DNA of 64,000 bases from Candidatus Micrarchaeaceae archaeon (GCA_038877255.1 JAVYWZ010000001.1:24960-88959); one strand, 5' to 3'. Counted from the first letter of the stretch, positions 9,942 to 19,510 are shown. Made by a program: numbers and translations. The notes: a model not told the origin generated them from the sequence alone.

Positions 9942-11216
9942 TTGGTGAAAGAACTAAAGTTTGTAGATGTTGGCGAAGGCATAACAGAAGGCCATTTGCA
10001 GAAGTGGCTTGTCAAAGACGGCGACGAGGTAAAGGAAGACCAGCCCATAGCTATGATTGAAACAGACAAAGCAGTTGTAAGCGTGCCGGCACCGACCAAT
10101 GGAAAGGTAAAGATAGTAGCTAAAGAGAACACAGACGTGCACATAGGAGATACGCTTGCGCTCATAGGCGAAGAAAACGAACTAAAAAATGCGGTTCCTT
10201 CTACTGGCGCATATGGCGAATCAGCTCAGCGGCAGCAGCAAACGCAGCAGGCTCCATCAAGCACTGCTGCAGAAGTGCCTAAGGCAAAGGCAGAAGCACA
10301 GGCAACTCAGCCACAAGTTCAAAAGGCTGAAATATTAGCCACGCCATCAGTAAGGAAGCTTGCAGAGCAGCTTAATGTGGACCTTTCATTAGTAACAGGC
10401 ACCGGACCGCACGGAAGAATCCTTGAGAATGACGTAAGGAGCTTCGCAGGCAAATCGCAGGCAAAGGCAACAATTCCAAAATTCTCCGAAGTCCTCGAGG
10501 GCCAGCACGAAGAAGAAATAGAGCGAGTGCCGCTGTCGCAAACAAGAAAGGCGATAGCAAGGAACATGGAGCTATCATGGACAATACCCAGGGCAACGCA
10601 CATGGACCTGATTGACGCTACTGCGCTGTACGATGTGCTAACCAAGGAGAAGCCAAAGGCGCAAGAGGATTTTGGCGTTAAGCTCACATATACGCCGTTT
10701 ATAGTAAAGGCTGCAATAGAGGCACTCAAAGAAAACCCAAATTTCAACGCAAGCTACGACCACGAAAAGCTTGAGATTATTGTAAAGAAATATTTCAACA
10801 TAGGCCTTGCAGCAGAAGCGCCTGATGGCCTTAAAGTGGTAGTAGTCAAGAACGCAGATAAGAAAAGCATAATAGAGTTGGCAACAGAGATTGAGGTGCT
10901 TGCAAAGAAAGTCAAGGACCAGACGATAACTCTCGACGAGATGCGCGACAGCAGCTTCACAATAACTAATATAGGCAGCCTCGGCGGCGGTTTTCTTTCT
11001 GTGCCAATGATAAATTATCCTGATGTTGCAATACTTGGCATACACGCTGTGCGCGACTTCCCAGTTGTAGAAAACGGCATGGTCAAGATAGGCAAAATAC
11101 TGCCTTTCTCGCTGGTGTTCGACCACAGAGTAGTAGACGGTGCAGAGGCAGTAAAGTTTGGCAACGCGCTCAAAAAGTACTTGGAAGATCCAGATTTTCT
11201 TGAGATGCTTAGCTAG
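9942..11216 (+). CDS. pdhC: Dihydrolipoamide acyltransferase E2
   Basis: Lipoyl domain ETDKA, E3-binding ATPSVRKLA...GTGPHGRI, catalytic DHRVVDG. Confidence 0.96.
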   Translation: MVKELKFVDVGEGITEGHLQKWLVKDGDEVKEDQPIAMIETDKAVVSVPAPTNGKVKIVAKENTDVHIGDTLALIGEENELKNAVPSTGAYGESAQRQQQTQQAPSSTAAEVPKAKAEAQATQPQVQKAEILATPSVRKLAEQLNVDLSLVTGTGPHGRILENDVRSFAGKSQAKATIPKFSEVLEGQHEEEIERVPLSQTRKAIARNMELSWTIPRATHMDLIDATALYDVLTKEKPKAQEDFGVKLTYTPFIVKAAIEALKENPNFNASYDHEKLEIIVKKYFNIGLAAEAPDGLKVVVVKNADKKSIIELATEIEVLAKKVKDQTITLDEMRDSSFTITNIGSLGGGFLSVPMINYPDVAILGIHAVRDFPVVENGMVKIGKILPFSLVFDHRVVDGAEAVKFGNALKKYLEDPDFLEMLS

Positions 11217-11234
11217 CAGAAGCGGAGGAGTTAC

Positions 11235-12620
11235 ATGGTAATGGGATCGATACCTGAAGACGTTGATTTGGCAGTAATAGGCGCCGGCGTAGGCGGCTAT
11301 GTCGCTGCGATAAGAGCAGCAGAGCTTGGCATGAACGTTGCTCTAGTAGAGAAGGAAAAGCTTGGCGGCCACTGCCTAAACTATGCATGCATACCTTCTA
11401 AGACACTGATAAACATTGCGGATACCTTCTACGCTTCAGCGCATTCCCAGAAATTTGGCATAAATGTAGAAAAGGCAAGCATTGACGCAAAGAAAATGTA
11501 CGAATGGCGCATGTCTGTTTCTAAAAAGCTTGAAGATGGAGTTGCTACGCTATGCAAATTGAACGGCATCGAAGCGATAAAAGCAGAAGCCACATTTATA
11601 TCGCCAAATACGCTTCAACTGACAAACGGCACATCATTGCAATTCAAGAATGCAGTAATAGCTACAGGCTCTGACCCTGCTGTTCTGCCAGGCTTTGAAT
11701 TTAACAATGACAATATAATAGACTATAAGAAGGCGCTGATGCTGGACTATGTGCCTGAAAGCATGGCCATAATCGGCGCTGGCTACGTCGCAGTTGAAAT
11801 CGGAACTCTATACGCAAAGCTTGGCACAAAGGTAGCAATAATAGCAAGGTCTGACGTTCTTTCAAAATTTGACAGGGATGCTGTGGCGATAATAAAAAAG
11901 AGGATGCAAGAACTGGGAATAAGCATCTATACTGGTTCTACTCCTTCTTCATTCGACGGCAAAATACTAAAGCTCAGCGATGGAAGCAAAATAGATGCGC
12001 ATCTTCTAGTTGTTTCTGTTGGGCTAACGCCATACACGAAAGGTTTAGGGTTAGAAAACACAAAAGTAACGCTTAATGAGAAGGGCTTCGTAAAAGTTGA
12101 TTCTTCGTTAAGAACTACAGACAATAATATTTTTGCAGTAGGCGATGTGATAGGCGAGCCAATGCTGGCGCATAAAGCAATAAGGCAGGGAGTTGTAGTA
12201 GCGGAAATAATAAAAGGCATTAGAAAGAGCTATGACAATTTAGTTGTACCATCTGTGATATTTTCAGACCCGGAAATAGCAATAGCAGGCAGCGTCGAAG
12301 AAAGAGAAGGAATAAAGGTAACAAAGTTCCCGCTCACTGCGCTTGGCAGGAGCATAGCGCTTGATACAACAAACGGCTTTGTCAAAATAGCCAACGATGA
12401 AAATGGAATAGTAAAAGGCGTAGAGATCGTTTCGCAGGATGCAAACGCAATGATCACAGAGGCGGCGCTCGCAATAGAGATGGGTGCTACTGTTGATGAT
12501 ATAGCCTCTACGATACATCCGCATCCAACGTATAGCGAGGCTGTACAAGAAGCCGCAGAGGCTGCCTTAGGAAACCCAATACACTATTTCTACGGAAAGA
12601 GCCTAAAAGTAGGCGAATAA
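11235..12620 (+). CDS. lpdA: Dihydrolipoamide dehydrogenase E3
   Basis: GAGVGGY, GGHCLNYACIPSK redox disulfide, HPHPTYSE. Confidence 0.96.
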   Translation: MVMGSIPEDVDLAVIGAGVGGYVAAIRAAELGMNVALVEKEKLGGHCLNYACIPSKTLINIADTFYASAHSQKFGINVEKASIDAKKMYEWRMSVSKKLEDGVATLCKLNGIEAIKAEATFISPNTLQLTNGTSLQFKNAVIATGSDPAVLPGFEFNNDNIIDYKKALMLDYVPESMAIIGAGYVAVEIGTLYAKLGTKVAIIARSDVLSKFDRDAVAIIKKRMQELGISIYTGSTPSSFDGKILKLSDGSKIDAHLLVVSVGLTPYTKGLGLENTKVTLNEKGFVKVDSSLRTTDNNIFAVGDVIGEPMLAHKAIRQGVVVAEIIKGIRKSYDNLVVPSVIFSDPEIAIAGSVEEREGIKVTKFPLTALGRSIALDTTNGFVKIANDENGIVKGVEIVSQDANAMITEAALAIEMGATVDDIASTIHPHPTYSEAVQEAAEAALGNPIHYFYGKSLKVGE

Positions 12621-13358
12621 ATGCGCTATGAAGATTTTTCTGAAGAAGAGTATAAGACAAGTTATGGAAACATTTTTTATAGGCACAATAACGCAAGCGG
12701 AAGGTGCCTTGTGCTGCTTCACGGCCTAGGTGCAGATTCTAGAGTGTGGAAAAGATTTATTGAATACTTGCCAGAAAATATGCATGTTTTCGCGTTGGAC
12801 CTGCTAGGCCATGGCAACTCTGAAAAGCCAAGAATAAACTACACGGTTGAAATGCAAGCAAATGCGATACGAGAATTTGTAAAAGCAAATTGCGATCATG
12901 CTGTGGTTTTTGGCCATTCATACGGCGGTTGGATAGCAGCATATTATGCCTATAAAGGATTTGAATGTGAAGGAATAGTGTTAGAAGACGCCGCTGGATT
13001 AGAGAGCAATTTTTACGACCTAAAGACCTCTAACAGATATGAAAATTACAAAGCAAGCCTGCTGAAGGCTGTGCTAATGCAGAACAACAATGAGAGATAT
13101 GTTATTGAGAGCATAATAGACAATAGCGGAAAATGTGTTTTAACGCGGCAAATGCTTGATTCGATAAATAAGCCAGTGCTGATAATCTGGGGCACCAACG
13201 ACAATGTTATAGATGTAAAATACGCATACGAATTCAACAAGTTCGTAAGGAATTCAAAACTGATTTTAGTAAATGGCGCAAAGCACGACGCGCATTATAC
13301 TAATGCAGAAGAGGTTGCAAATGCATTGATAGACTTTGGAAAAAGATTGCAGGCATAG
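12621..13358 (+). CDS. Alpha/beta hydrolase
   Basis: LLHGLG, DLLGHGNS, GHSYGG nucleophile elbow, C-terminal Asp and His candidates. Confidence 0.9.
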   Translation: MRYEDFSEEEYKTSYGNIFYRHNNASGRCLVLLHGLGADSRVWKRFIEYLPENMHVFALDLLGHGNSEKPRINYTVEMQANAIREFVKANCDHAVVFGHSYGGWIAAYYAYKGFECEGIVLEDAAGLESNFYDLKTSNRYENYKASLLKAVLMQNNNERYVIESIIDNSGKCVLTRQMLDSINKPVLIIWGTNDNVIDVKYAYEFNKFVRNSKLILVNGAKHDAHYTNAEEVANALIDFGKRLQA

Positions 13359-13410
13359 ACCAATAGTTACAATTTTAAACACAGGGATTCTAAATCATTT
13401 TGGTGAGAGA

Positions 13411-14349
13411 TTGTTTGATTATGAATACTGGGGAATAAACACACTTTCTATAAAAGAAAACATGGCGCTGGAGGAATACATGCTGAACCGTTCGGAGCAG
13501 AACAAGGTTGCAACTGTCAGATTCTGGAATGTTAAAAAAGATTCAGTAGTGCTAAGTTATGGAGAAGACAAGAACAGCAACATAAAAAGGATAGATAGCA
13601 CGTTCGACTTGACTAGGCGCATAACAGGCGGCTCGCACGTGGAATTTGATAAAAATTGCATGGCTTATACCTTTACAACGCCAAGAGATGGCAGTTTCAA
13701 ACATTTTGATGAAATGAGAAAGTACTATGCAGAAAGGCTAGTTTCTGCGCTTTCTGATCTCGGTATTGATAATATATATGCGGATAACAAGGCCTCCACA
13801 ATAAACGTAAATGACAAAGTAATAGCAAGCCATGCTATGTTCTGGGGCGTTAAGAGTGCGCTCATGCATGGTCTAATACTAATAGATCACTATGATGTAG
13901 ACAGAATATATGCCAGAATGAGACTTAACGAAAGAAAAATAGGAAAGCACATTTACAGGGAATACGACGCGCTGAAAGAGGCGCCAGTAGCTAAAGAGAT
14001 AATCAAATTAGATGGCACTTATAGAAGCGAAAACGAGAAGCTTACATATATAAAGAATAAGATAGCAGACGCCATTCTTGCGACAGTAACAGAAGGCAGG
14101 CATTCGCAAAAGCAAATAACCGATTCAATAGTGAAAGAAGCAAAATCGCTTGTAGAAAAAACACACGCGGGCCCTCTGTGGCTTGATGAAAGAGAACCGA
14201 CATACACAGAAGAAAAGGTTGAGGCAATACCTGGTGAAGAACTCGCGGGCCCTTTGAAGAGAGAGTTAGGTTACTGCATGTATATAGCAGTAGACAATAA
14301 AGTATTCAAAAAGATGGCGTTACCTGCTGACGAAAAAAATCAGGTTTAA
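13411..14349 (+). CDS. Lipoate-protein ligase A family protein (divergent)
   Basis: ENMALEE, RRITGGSHV and LMHG motifs; follows the PDH operon. TTG start at 13411 after GGTGAG is inferred. Confidence 0.75.
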   Translation: MFDYEYWGINTLSIKENMALEEYMLNRSEQNKVATVRFWNVKKDSVVLSYGEDKNSNIKRIDSTFDLTRRITGGSHVEFDKNCMAYTFTTPRDGSFKHFDEMRKYYAERLVSALSDLGIDNIYADNKASTINVNDKVIASHAMFWGVKSALMHGLILIDHYDVDRIYARMRLNERKIGKHIYREYDALKEAPVAKEIIKLDGTYRSENEKLTYIKNKIADAILATVTEGRHSQKQITDSIVKEAKSLVEKTHAGPLWLDEREPTYTEEKVEAIPGEELAGPLKRELGYCMYIAVDNKVFKKMALPADEKNQV

Positions 14350-14377
14350 AAGCAGAAGCAGAAGGCAATAGCTGCTT

Positions 14378-14878
14378 TTATACGCGCCTGCCCCTTCTGC
14401 CACCCGGCCTTCTCGTGGTGTCAGTAGGTATAGGTGTTACATCTTCTATACTGCCTATCTTGAAACCGCTCCTTGCCAATGCCCTCACTACCGCCTGCGC
14501 ACCGGGCCCTGGCGTTTTTGCTCCGTGACCGCCAGGAGCGCGTATCTTTATGTTTATATGAGTTATGCCTTTTTCTATCGCTTCTGCAGCTACCTTGTAT
14601 GCTGCTTGCATAGCAGCGTATGGCGATCCTTCTTCGCGGTCAGCGTTTACTATCATGCCACCACTGCCTACGGCAATGGTCTCTGCGCCTGTAAGATCAG
14701 TAAGCGTTATTATCGTGTCATTCTTAGAAGAATATATGTGAGCGACGCCCCAGCGAACACCTTTGGGCTTGTATTTTTCAGTTGCCTCTGCGACCTTTTC
14801 TTCAAATGAAACGATTTCGCCTTTTGCCTCTGCCTGCGGCTGCTTTGGTTCCTTTGGCTTTTTTCTTTTCTCGGCCAT
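14378..14878 (-). CDS. rps11: 30S ribosomal protein S11
   Basis: [28 protein letters not shown]...GGRRGRRV. Confidence 0.97.
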   Translation of the reverse strand: MAEKRKKPKEPKQPQAEAKGEIVSFEEKVAEATEKYKPKGVRWGVAHIYSSKNDTIITLTDLTGAETIAVGSGGMIVNADREEGSPYAAMQAAYKVAAEAIEKGITHINIKIRAPGGHGAKTPGPGAQAVVRALARSGFKIGSIEDVTPIPTDTTRRPGGRRGRRV

Positions 14879-15480
14879 TAGCTCGCCTCTCCTGCAACTG
14901 CGCTATCTTGCACTTCGCCTTGTTCATGCTGCTGTTGCTGCTGTGCCGCTGTCGTTTCTGGCGCTTCTGGCGCTTCTTGCGTATTTGTTCCTTTTACTCC
15001 TGCGTTGATATCTATCGGCTTGTAATAGCTTATTGCGCTCTCCTCGCTCGTCTTTACCAGGTAGCCAGGTACAGTGACCTTCCTGCCGTTTATAGATATG
15101 AAGCCATGGGTTATCAACTGTCTGGCCTGTCTGAGCGTGCGCGCCATGCCTTTCTTCACAATCACGCTCTGAAGCCTTCTTGAAAGAAGTGAATCGACGT
15201 TTATGCTTAAAAGTTCGTCTAAAGTTGCGCTGCTACTAACAATGCCATAACTGGCAAGCCTTCTTATTATCTGCTTACCTGTTTCTTCGCTCTGCCTGCC
15301 TGCGAGTATCTCGCGAACATTCTTTCTTATGCGCCTTAACTCGCTCTCAGCAAGCCATTCCTCATGCATAGTCTTCAAGCCGTATTTCGCTTTTATATCG
15401 TGCTCTTGTGTTATTCTTGCATTGTTCCACATTATAGATGGCGCTTCGTATTTTTTCCTAAGCCGTCTAGGACTACCCAT
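14878..15480 (-). CDS. rps4: 30S ribosomal protein S4 (archaeal)
   Basis: YGLK, RRLQS...[10 protein letters not shown]...PGYLV. Confidence 0.95.
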   Translation of the reverse strand: MGSPRRLRKKYEAPSIMWNNARITQEHDIKAKYGLKTMHEEWLAESELRRIRKNVREILAGRQSEETGKQIIRRLASYGIVSSSATLDELLSINVDSLLSRRLQSVIVKKGMARTLRQARQLITHGFISINGRKVTVPGYLVKTSEESAISYYKPIDINAGVKGTNTQEAPEAPETTAAQQQQQHEQGEVQDSAVAGEAS

Positions 15481-15484
15481 TTGA

Positions 15485-16087
15485 TCACTTTGCTTGCTGT
15501 TCTGAAGCGGCAGTTGCTTTCGAAGCAGGCGCAGCGGCCTTCTTCTCGGCCTGCGCCGCTGTCTTCAGCGCTTCCTGGATCTTCTTCTTTGTAACGCCGA
15601 CGGTTTCACCAGTTCTTCCTGTTGAGCGCGTGCGCTGTCCACGGACCTTCTGCCCGAATTGGTGCCTGTAACCGCGCCAGGTCATTGCCTTTATTTCTCT
15701 ATCGATATCTTGTTTAATCCTTATTATCAGATCAGTTCCTATAAAATTCAGATCTTTGCCAGTATCAGGATCTTTCCTGTGATTGACCATAAAACCAGGT
15801 ATGCCAAAGCTTACAGGGTCCTTAAGAAGCTCCTCTAGCTTGTGTAACTGCTCTTCGCTTAGGCTGCCTATGCTCACGTGCCTGTCTATGCTTAATTTTT
15901 CATTTGCCACTTTTGCAATTGCATTTGACAGGTTGTAGCCCATGCCTTTAATTGCGTCGATCGCACGAGGAATGTTATAGCTTGCGTCTATGTCTTTGCC
16001 TGCGATTCTCACTATATTTATCGCTTGCGCTCCCTGTTGTTTCTGCGGCTTCTGCCTTTGCTCACGTTCTGACTTTTCGTCTACCAT
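15485..16087 (-). CDS. rps13: 30S ribosomal protein S13
   Basis: IVRIAGKDI, WRGYRHQFGQKVRGQRTRSTGR. Confidence 0.97.
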   Translation of the reverse strand: MVDEKSEREQRQKPQKQQGAQAINIVRIAGKDIDASYNIPRAIDAIKGMGYNLSNAIAKVANEKLSIDRHVSIGSLSEEQLHKLEELLKDPVSFGIPGFMVNHRKDPDTGKDLNFIGTDLIIRIKQDIDREIKAMTWRGYRHQFGQKVRGQRTRSTGRTGETVGVTKKKIQEALKTAAQAEKKAAAPASKATAASEQQAK

Positions 16088-16163
16088 TAAAACACTGAAA
16101 TAGAATTCATAAAGTATTTAAGCAGTTTATATTTATATGACACTGGTTTTTATACCTTTTCTA

Positions 16164-16221
16164 GGAACTTGCCCGCACCTCGTTATTGAGTCGACCGTGT
16201 TGGCTTCCTTGCTGAGAATGG
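16164..16221 (-). mobile_element. Solo IS200/IS605-type end remnant
   Basis: Minus strand TCAC|CCATTCTCAGCAAGGAAGCCAACACGG matches the left end TCAC|GTATTCTCGACAAGGAAGCCCACACG of the 36642-36918 element. Confidence 0.55.
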
Positions 16222-16321
16222 GTGATGTTGATAATGTTGAGGTTCAAGCTCAGAAATCGCGCTAACGGCACATATATTTCTTATAAAGATACAGCATTCC
16301 TCTATATGACATAGATAAGCA

Positions 16322-16396
16322 TGGGCCCGGAGCGATTCGGACGCTCGACCTACGGCTTATAAGACCGCCGCTCTAACCATACTGAGCTACGAGCCC
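16322..16396 (-). tRNA. tRNA-Ile(UAU)
   Basis: Cloverleaf with acceptor GGGCTCG/CGGGCCC-A, anticodon arm GCGGT-CT TAT AA-GCCGT, T arm GAGCG-TCCGAAT-CGCTC. Confidence 0.92.
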
Positions 16397-16443
16397 AAAC
16401 AAAGCATTATTATTTGAAAAGTATATATATAAATTTGATTTGC

Positions 16444-17745
16444 ATGGATTTAGGCGAAGGATTAAGGCACGCAATTGCGAAGATAACCGGAGCTACGCTC
16501 ATCGATGCAAAGACAATGAAAGAATTTAGCAAGGAGCTACAGAAAACGCTAATAAGTGCGGATGTAGACTTGGATCTTGTTCTTGAGCTTACAAAGAAGC
16601 TTGAAGACGCAGCGCTTAAGGAACGTTTGCCAAGCGGTGTGAGTGCAAAGGAATATGTAATAGACATGCTCTACAAAGAGCTCGTCAACATGCTTGGCGG
16701 CTCTGCGTATGCGCCTGAGCTTGCACCAAAGAAAATACTGCTTGTCGGTTTATATGGTTCAGGCAAAACTACAACAGCCGCAAAGCTCGCAAAGTATTAC
16801 CAAGACCGCGGGCTCGGGAGCGCGCTCATAGCATGCGATGTCTCAAGACCTGCTGCTTACGAACAGCTTGAAACGCTTGCAAAGCAAGCAGGCGTTGGCT
16901 TTTTTGGAATAAGAGACGAAACCAATGTCAAAAAGATACTCAATAGCGCTGCAAAGGAGCTTAAGGGCAAGAAAGTAATTATCTGCGACACAAGTGGCAG
17001 AAATGCTCTTGACAGCAAATTGCTAGACGAACTAAAAGCGATAAATGCAGAGTTCAAGCCTGACGAGCGCTTGCTGGTTATAAACGCGGACACGGGCCAA
17101 ATAGCTGGCAAGCAGGCAAGCGAATTTGATAAAGCAATAAGATTAACAGGTGTGATTGTCACAAAACTAGACGGCTCAGGAAAGGGTGGAGGTGCGTTGA
17201 GCGCTGTGCATGCATCTAATGCGCGAATAACATTCATAGGAACAGGGGAGAAGCTGGATGCACTTGAGCCATATAGCGCGGAGAAATTCGTCGGCAGGCT
17301 TCTTGGCATCCCTGATATTTCATCGCTAGTTGAAAAGGTAAACAATGCGATAAAGGAAGCCAACATAAAGCCCGAAGAGGTTGACACCGAAGAGCTTAAC
17401 TTCAACACGTTTTATGTACAACTAAAGACAATGGGCAAGATGGGCCCGCTTAAAAGCATAGCAAGCAGCCTGGGCCTTGTCGACGTTCCGAAAGACGTTA
17501 TGGACCAGAGCGAAGAGAAGTTAAAGAAGTACAAAGCCATCATAGATTCGATGACGCCTGAAGAGCGCGACGATGAAAAGCTAATTGGCAATGCAAGCAG
17601 AATAAAACGCATAGCAAAGGGCAGCGGGGTAACAGAACAAGACGTTCGCAGGCTTCTCAGTGATTTCAACAAGATGAAAAAGCTATTCAATACTTTCAAG
17701 AAAGATAGGACAGTGCGCAAGAAGTTTTCCGGAATGCTTTCGTGA
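16444..17745 (+). CDS. srp54: Signal recognition particle protein SRP54
   Basis: GLYGSGKTTT, DVSRPAA, DTSGR, TKLDG; M-domain SMTPEER...RIAKGSG. Confidence 0.96.
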   Translation: MDLGEGLRHAIAKITGATLIDAKTMKEFSKELQKTLISADVDLDLVLELTKKLEDAALKERLPSGVSAKEYVIDMLYKELVNMLGGSAYAPELAPKKILLVGLYGSGKTTTAAKLAKYYQDRGLGSALIACDVSRPAAYEQLETLAKQAGVGFFGIRDETNVKKILNSAAKELKGKKVIICDTSGRNALDSKLLDELKAINAEFKPDERLLVINADTGQIAGKQASEFDKAIRLTGVIVTKLDGSGKGGGALSAVHASNARITFIGTGEKLDALEPYSAEKFVGRLLGIPDISSLVEKVNNAIKEANIKPEEVDTEELNFNTFYVQLKTMGKMGPLKSIASSLGLVDVPKDVMDQSEEKLKKYKAIIDSMTPEERDDEKLIGNASRIKRIAKGSGVTEQDVRRLLSDFNKMKKLFNTFKKDRTVRKKFSGMLS

Positions 17746-17903
17746 TTTTGTGAGGTACACAATAAAAAACAAAGCAAATATTAATATTAATATTAAAATT
17801 AAAAGCGACCAAATCAATCAGCATAAGCTTGTAGTTAAATCACGTCAAAATATCAATCACTATTAAATAATTATTCGTGCATTTGTAAAACCATAGTGAG
17901 AAA

Positions 17904-17942
17904 ATGGCAAAGAAGAAGGGAGCGAAGAAGAAGAAGAAATAG
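17904..17942 (+). CDS. Putative 12-aa lysine-rich micropeptide MAKKKGAKKKKK
   Basis: ATG...TAG with upstream GTGAG (SD-like) and AT-rich TATA-like region, followed by a T-rich tract. Confidence 0.4.
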   Translation: MAKKKGAKKKKK

Positions 17943-18045
17943 ATAAAAGAATTTTTGGATTGTTTTGTTTCTTTTTTCTTCGCTTCCTGTCCTGTTTCTT
18001 TTTATTATCGCTGTGTGCTTAGCTTTTTAGCATATACTTTTTACG

Positions 18046-18130
18046 TGGACTCCGCGGGATTTTCATTTGCATTTTGAACCCGCAACCTCCTGCATGCCAT
18101 GCAGGCGCGCTACCGTTGCGCTAGGAGCCC
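18046..18130 (-). tRNA. tRNA-Ala(GGC) with 13-nt intron at position 59/60 (18060-18072)
   Basis: G3:U70 pair; anticodon arm CCTGC-AT GGC AT-GCAGG; T loop interrupted by a BHB-like intron. Confidence 0.92.
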
Positions 18131-18151
18131 ACTCTCAAGAATATTGTTTAA

Positions 18152-18379
18152 TCATGAAGACGGGGCAAGGAAAAAGATGTTGCCGCCCCTCAGCAGTATG
18201 GTGCCGAGCTTTGCCTTAGCTGTGCCGTTAGCATCTAGCTCTTCAGAGTTCTCTATCACCATGTTCATATGCATGTCAAAAGAGACAAGCTTGCCCCTTA
18301 TGCTCACGCCATTCTTCAGCCTGACAAGTATACTTTGACCGACAGACTTATTCAATAAATCAAAAGGTCTTTCTTGCAT
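18152..18379 (-). CDS. Sm-like (LSm/SmAP) RNA-binding protein
   Basis: RPFDLL, GKLVSFDMHMNMVI (Sm1), ILLRGGNI (Sm2). Confidence 0.93.
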   Translation of the reverse strand: MQERPFDLLNKSVGQSILVRLKNGVSIRGKLVSFDMHMNMVIENSEELDANGTAKAKLGTILLRGGNIFFLAPSS

Positions 18380-18448
18380 CAAACCACTGCAAACAGCAGA
18401 ATATACGCAAAACATTTAAAAAAGGTTACTACCGCCGCACAGCGTTGC

Positions 18449-19501
18449 TTATTTCTCTTTTGCACTCTTTTCACTCTTGCGAGCCTTTAGTACTAATTTT
18501 ACCATACCTGTGCCTACTGGCACTTGCTTGCCAAGCAGTATGTTTTCTGAAACGTCGTGCATGTTGTCCTGTTTGCCGAATGCAGCGGCATTTACAAGGT
18601 GCTTTACGGTTTCTTCGAATGCTGCCTTCGCGAATACTGATTCTTTTGCGCCGATTATGCCGTGCCTGCCTATGCTCTTTATTTCACCTGTCACTGTCAT
18701 AGCATCTGCTATAAGCTCCAAATGCCTATTGTCAACTGAAAGGCCCTGCTCGCGCATCAACTTCTCTAGTTCGATTACTATCGCATTTCTTGCTGCTTCA
18801 ATTCCGAAAACCCTATAAATTTCAAAAATGTCGTTTGTATAAATTTTTTCTGGAACAACGCCTTCTAGTTTCATTATATCCTCTATATTGTTGCCTGTGG
18901 TAGTTATGTAAAACTTGTTCTCTTTGTCCTGAAGTGCAATGGCCTTGCCTGCGCCTTCTATACCTCTAAGCAAAGAGTGCATCAGTTTTGTACTTGCATA
19001 CCTTATCTCACTGAGCTTCTTTGCATGTATTGTTATTTCTAGATTGTTATTCTTTGTTGGCTTTGCTCCGTAGCCGTACTTCTGCTTTATTATAGAAGCG
19101 ATCTGTGATGCAGTCAAGTCGTATTCTTTCAGAGCCTGTTTGTTTAGCACAAAAAGCACTTTCCCTTTCGAAAAGTTTTCTACAGCTCTGTTTGCAACAT
19201 CGCTCATCCTTATTTCTGTAATTTCGTTTGATACCTTCATCGCTTTCTCAAAGTTTTTTGCATAATCGTCACGCAGATAAACAGTAATCTGCGGGGTGGT
19301 GGGTATGTGCCTTGCATCAAGCAATTCTATGAGCCTTGGCAGGCCAGTAGTAGTTATGGCTGCTGCCATTCCTGCAAAGTGGAATGTTCTGAGTATCATT
19401 TGGGTTCCTGGCTCTCCCACTGATTCTGCTGCGACCATGCCGACCGGCTCACCAGGGTTTACATGCAGCTCTTTAGCTTCTTTGTTGTTTTCGTCTTTCA
19501 T
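18449..19501 (-). CDS. rpoA2: RNA polymerase subunit A''
   Basis: PGEPVGMVAAESVGEPGTQM.LRTFH, GLPRLIE, GIEAAR, AAFEET. Confidence 0.96.
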   Translation of the reverse strand: MKDENNKEAKELHVNPGEPVGMVAAESVGEPGTQMILRTFHFAGMAAAITTTGLPRLIELLDARHIPTTPQITVYLRDDYAKNFEKAMKVSNEITEIRMSDVANRAVENFSKGKVLFVLNKQALKEYDLTASQIASIIKQKYGYGAKPTKNNNLEITIHAKKLSEIRYASTKLMHSLLRGIEGAGKAIALQDKENKFYITTTGNNIEDIMKLEGVVPEKIYTNDIFEIYRVFGIEAARNAIVIELEKLMREQGLSVDNRHLELIADAMTVTGEIKSIGRHGIIGAKESVFAKAAFEETVKHLVNAAAFGKQDNMHDVSENILLGKQVPVGTGMVKLVLKARKSEKSAKEK

Positions 19502-19510
19502 CCAAAAACC

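Noticed and set aside
17800..17825. Possible third copy of the 43-bp repeat
   Set aside because: Only a short low-complexity resemblance and no hairpin.
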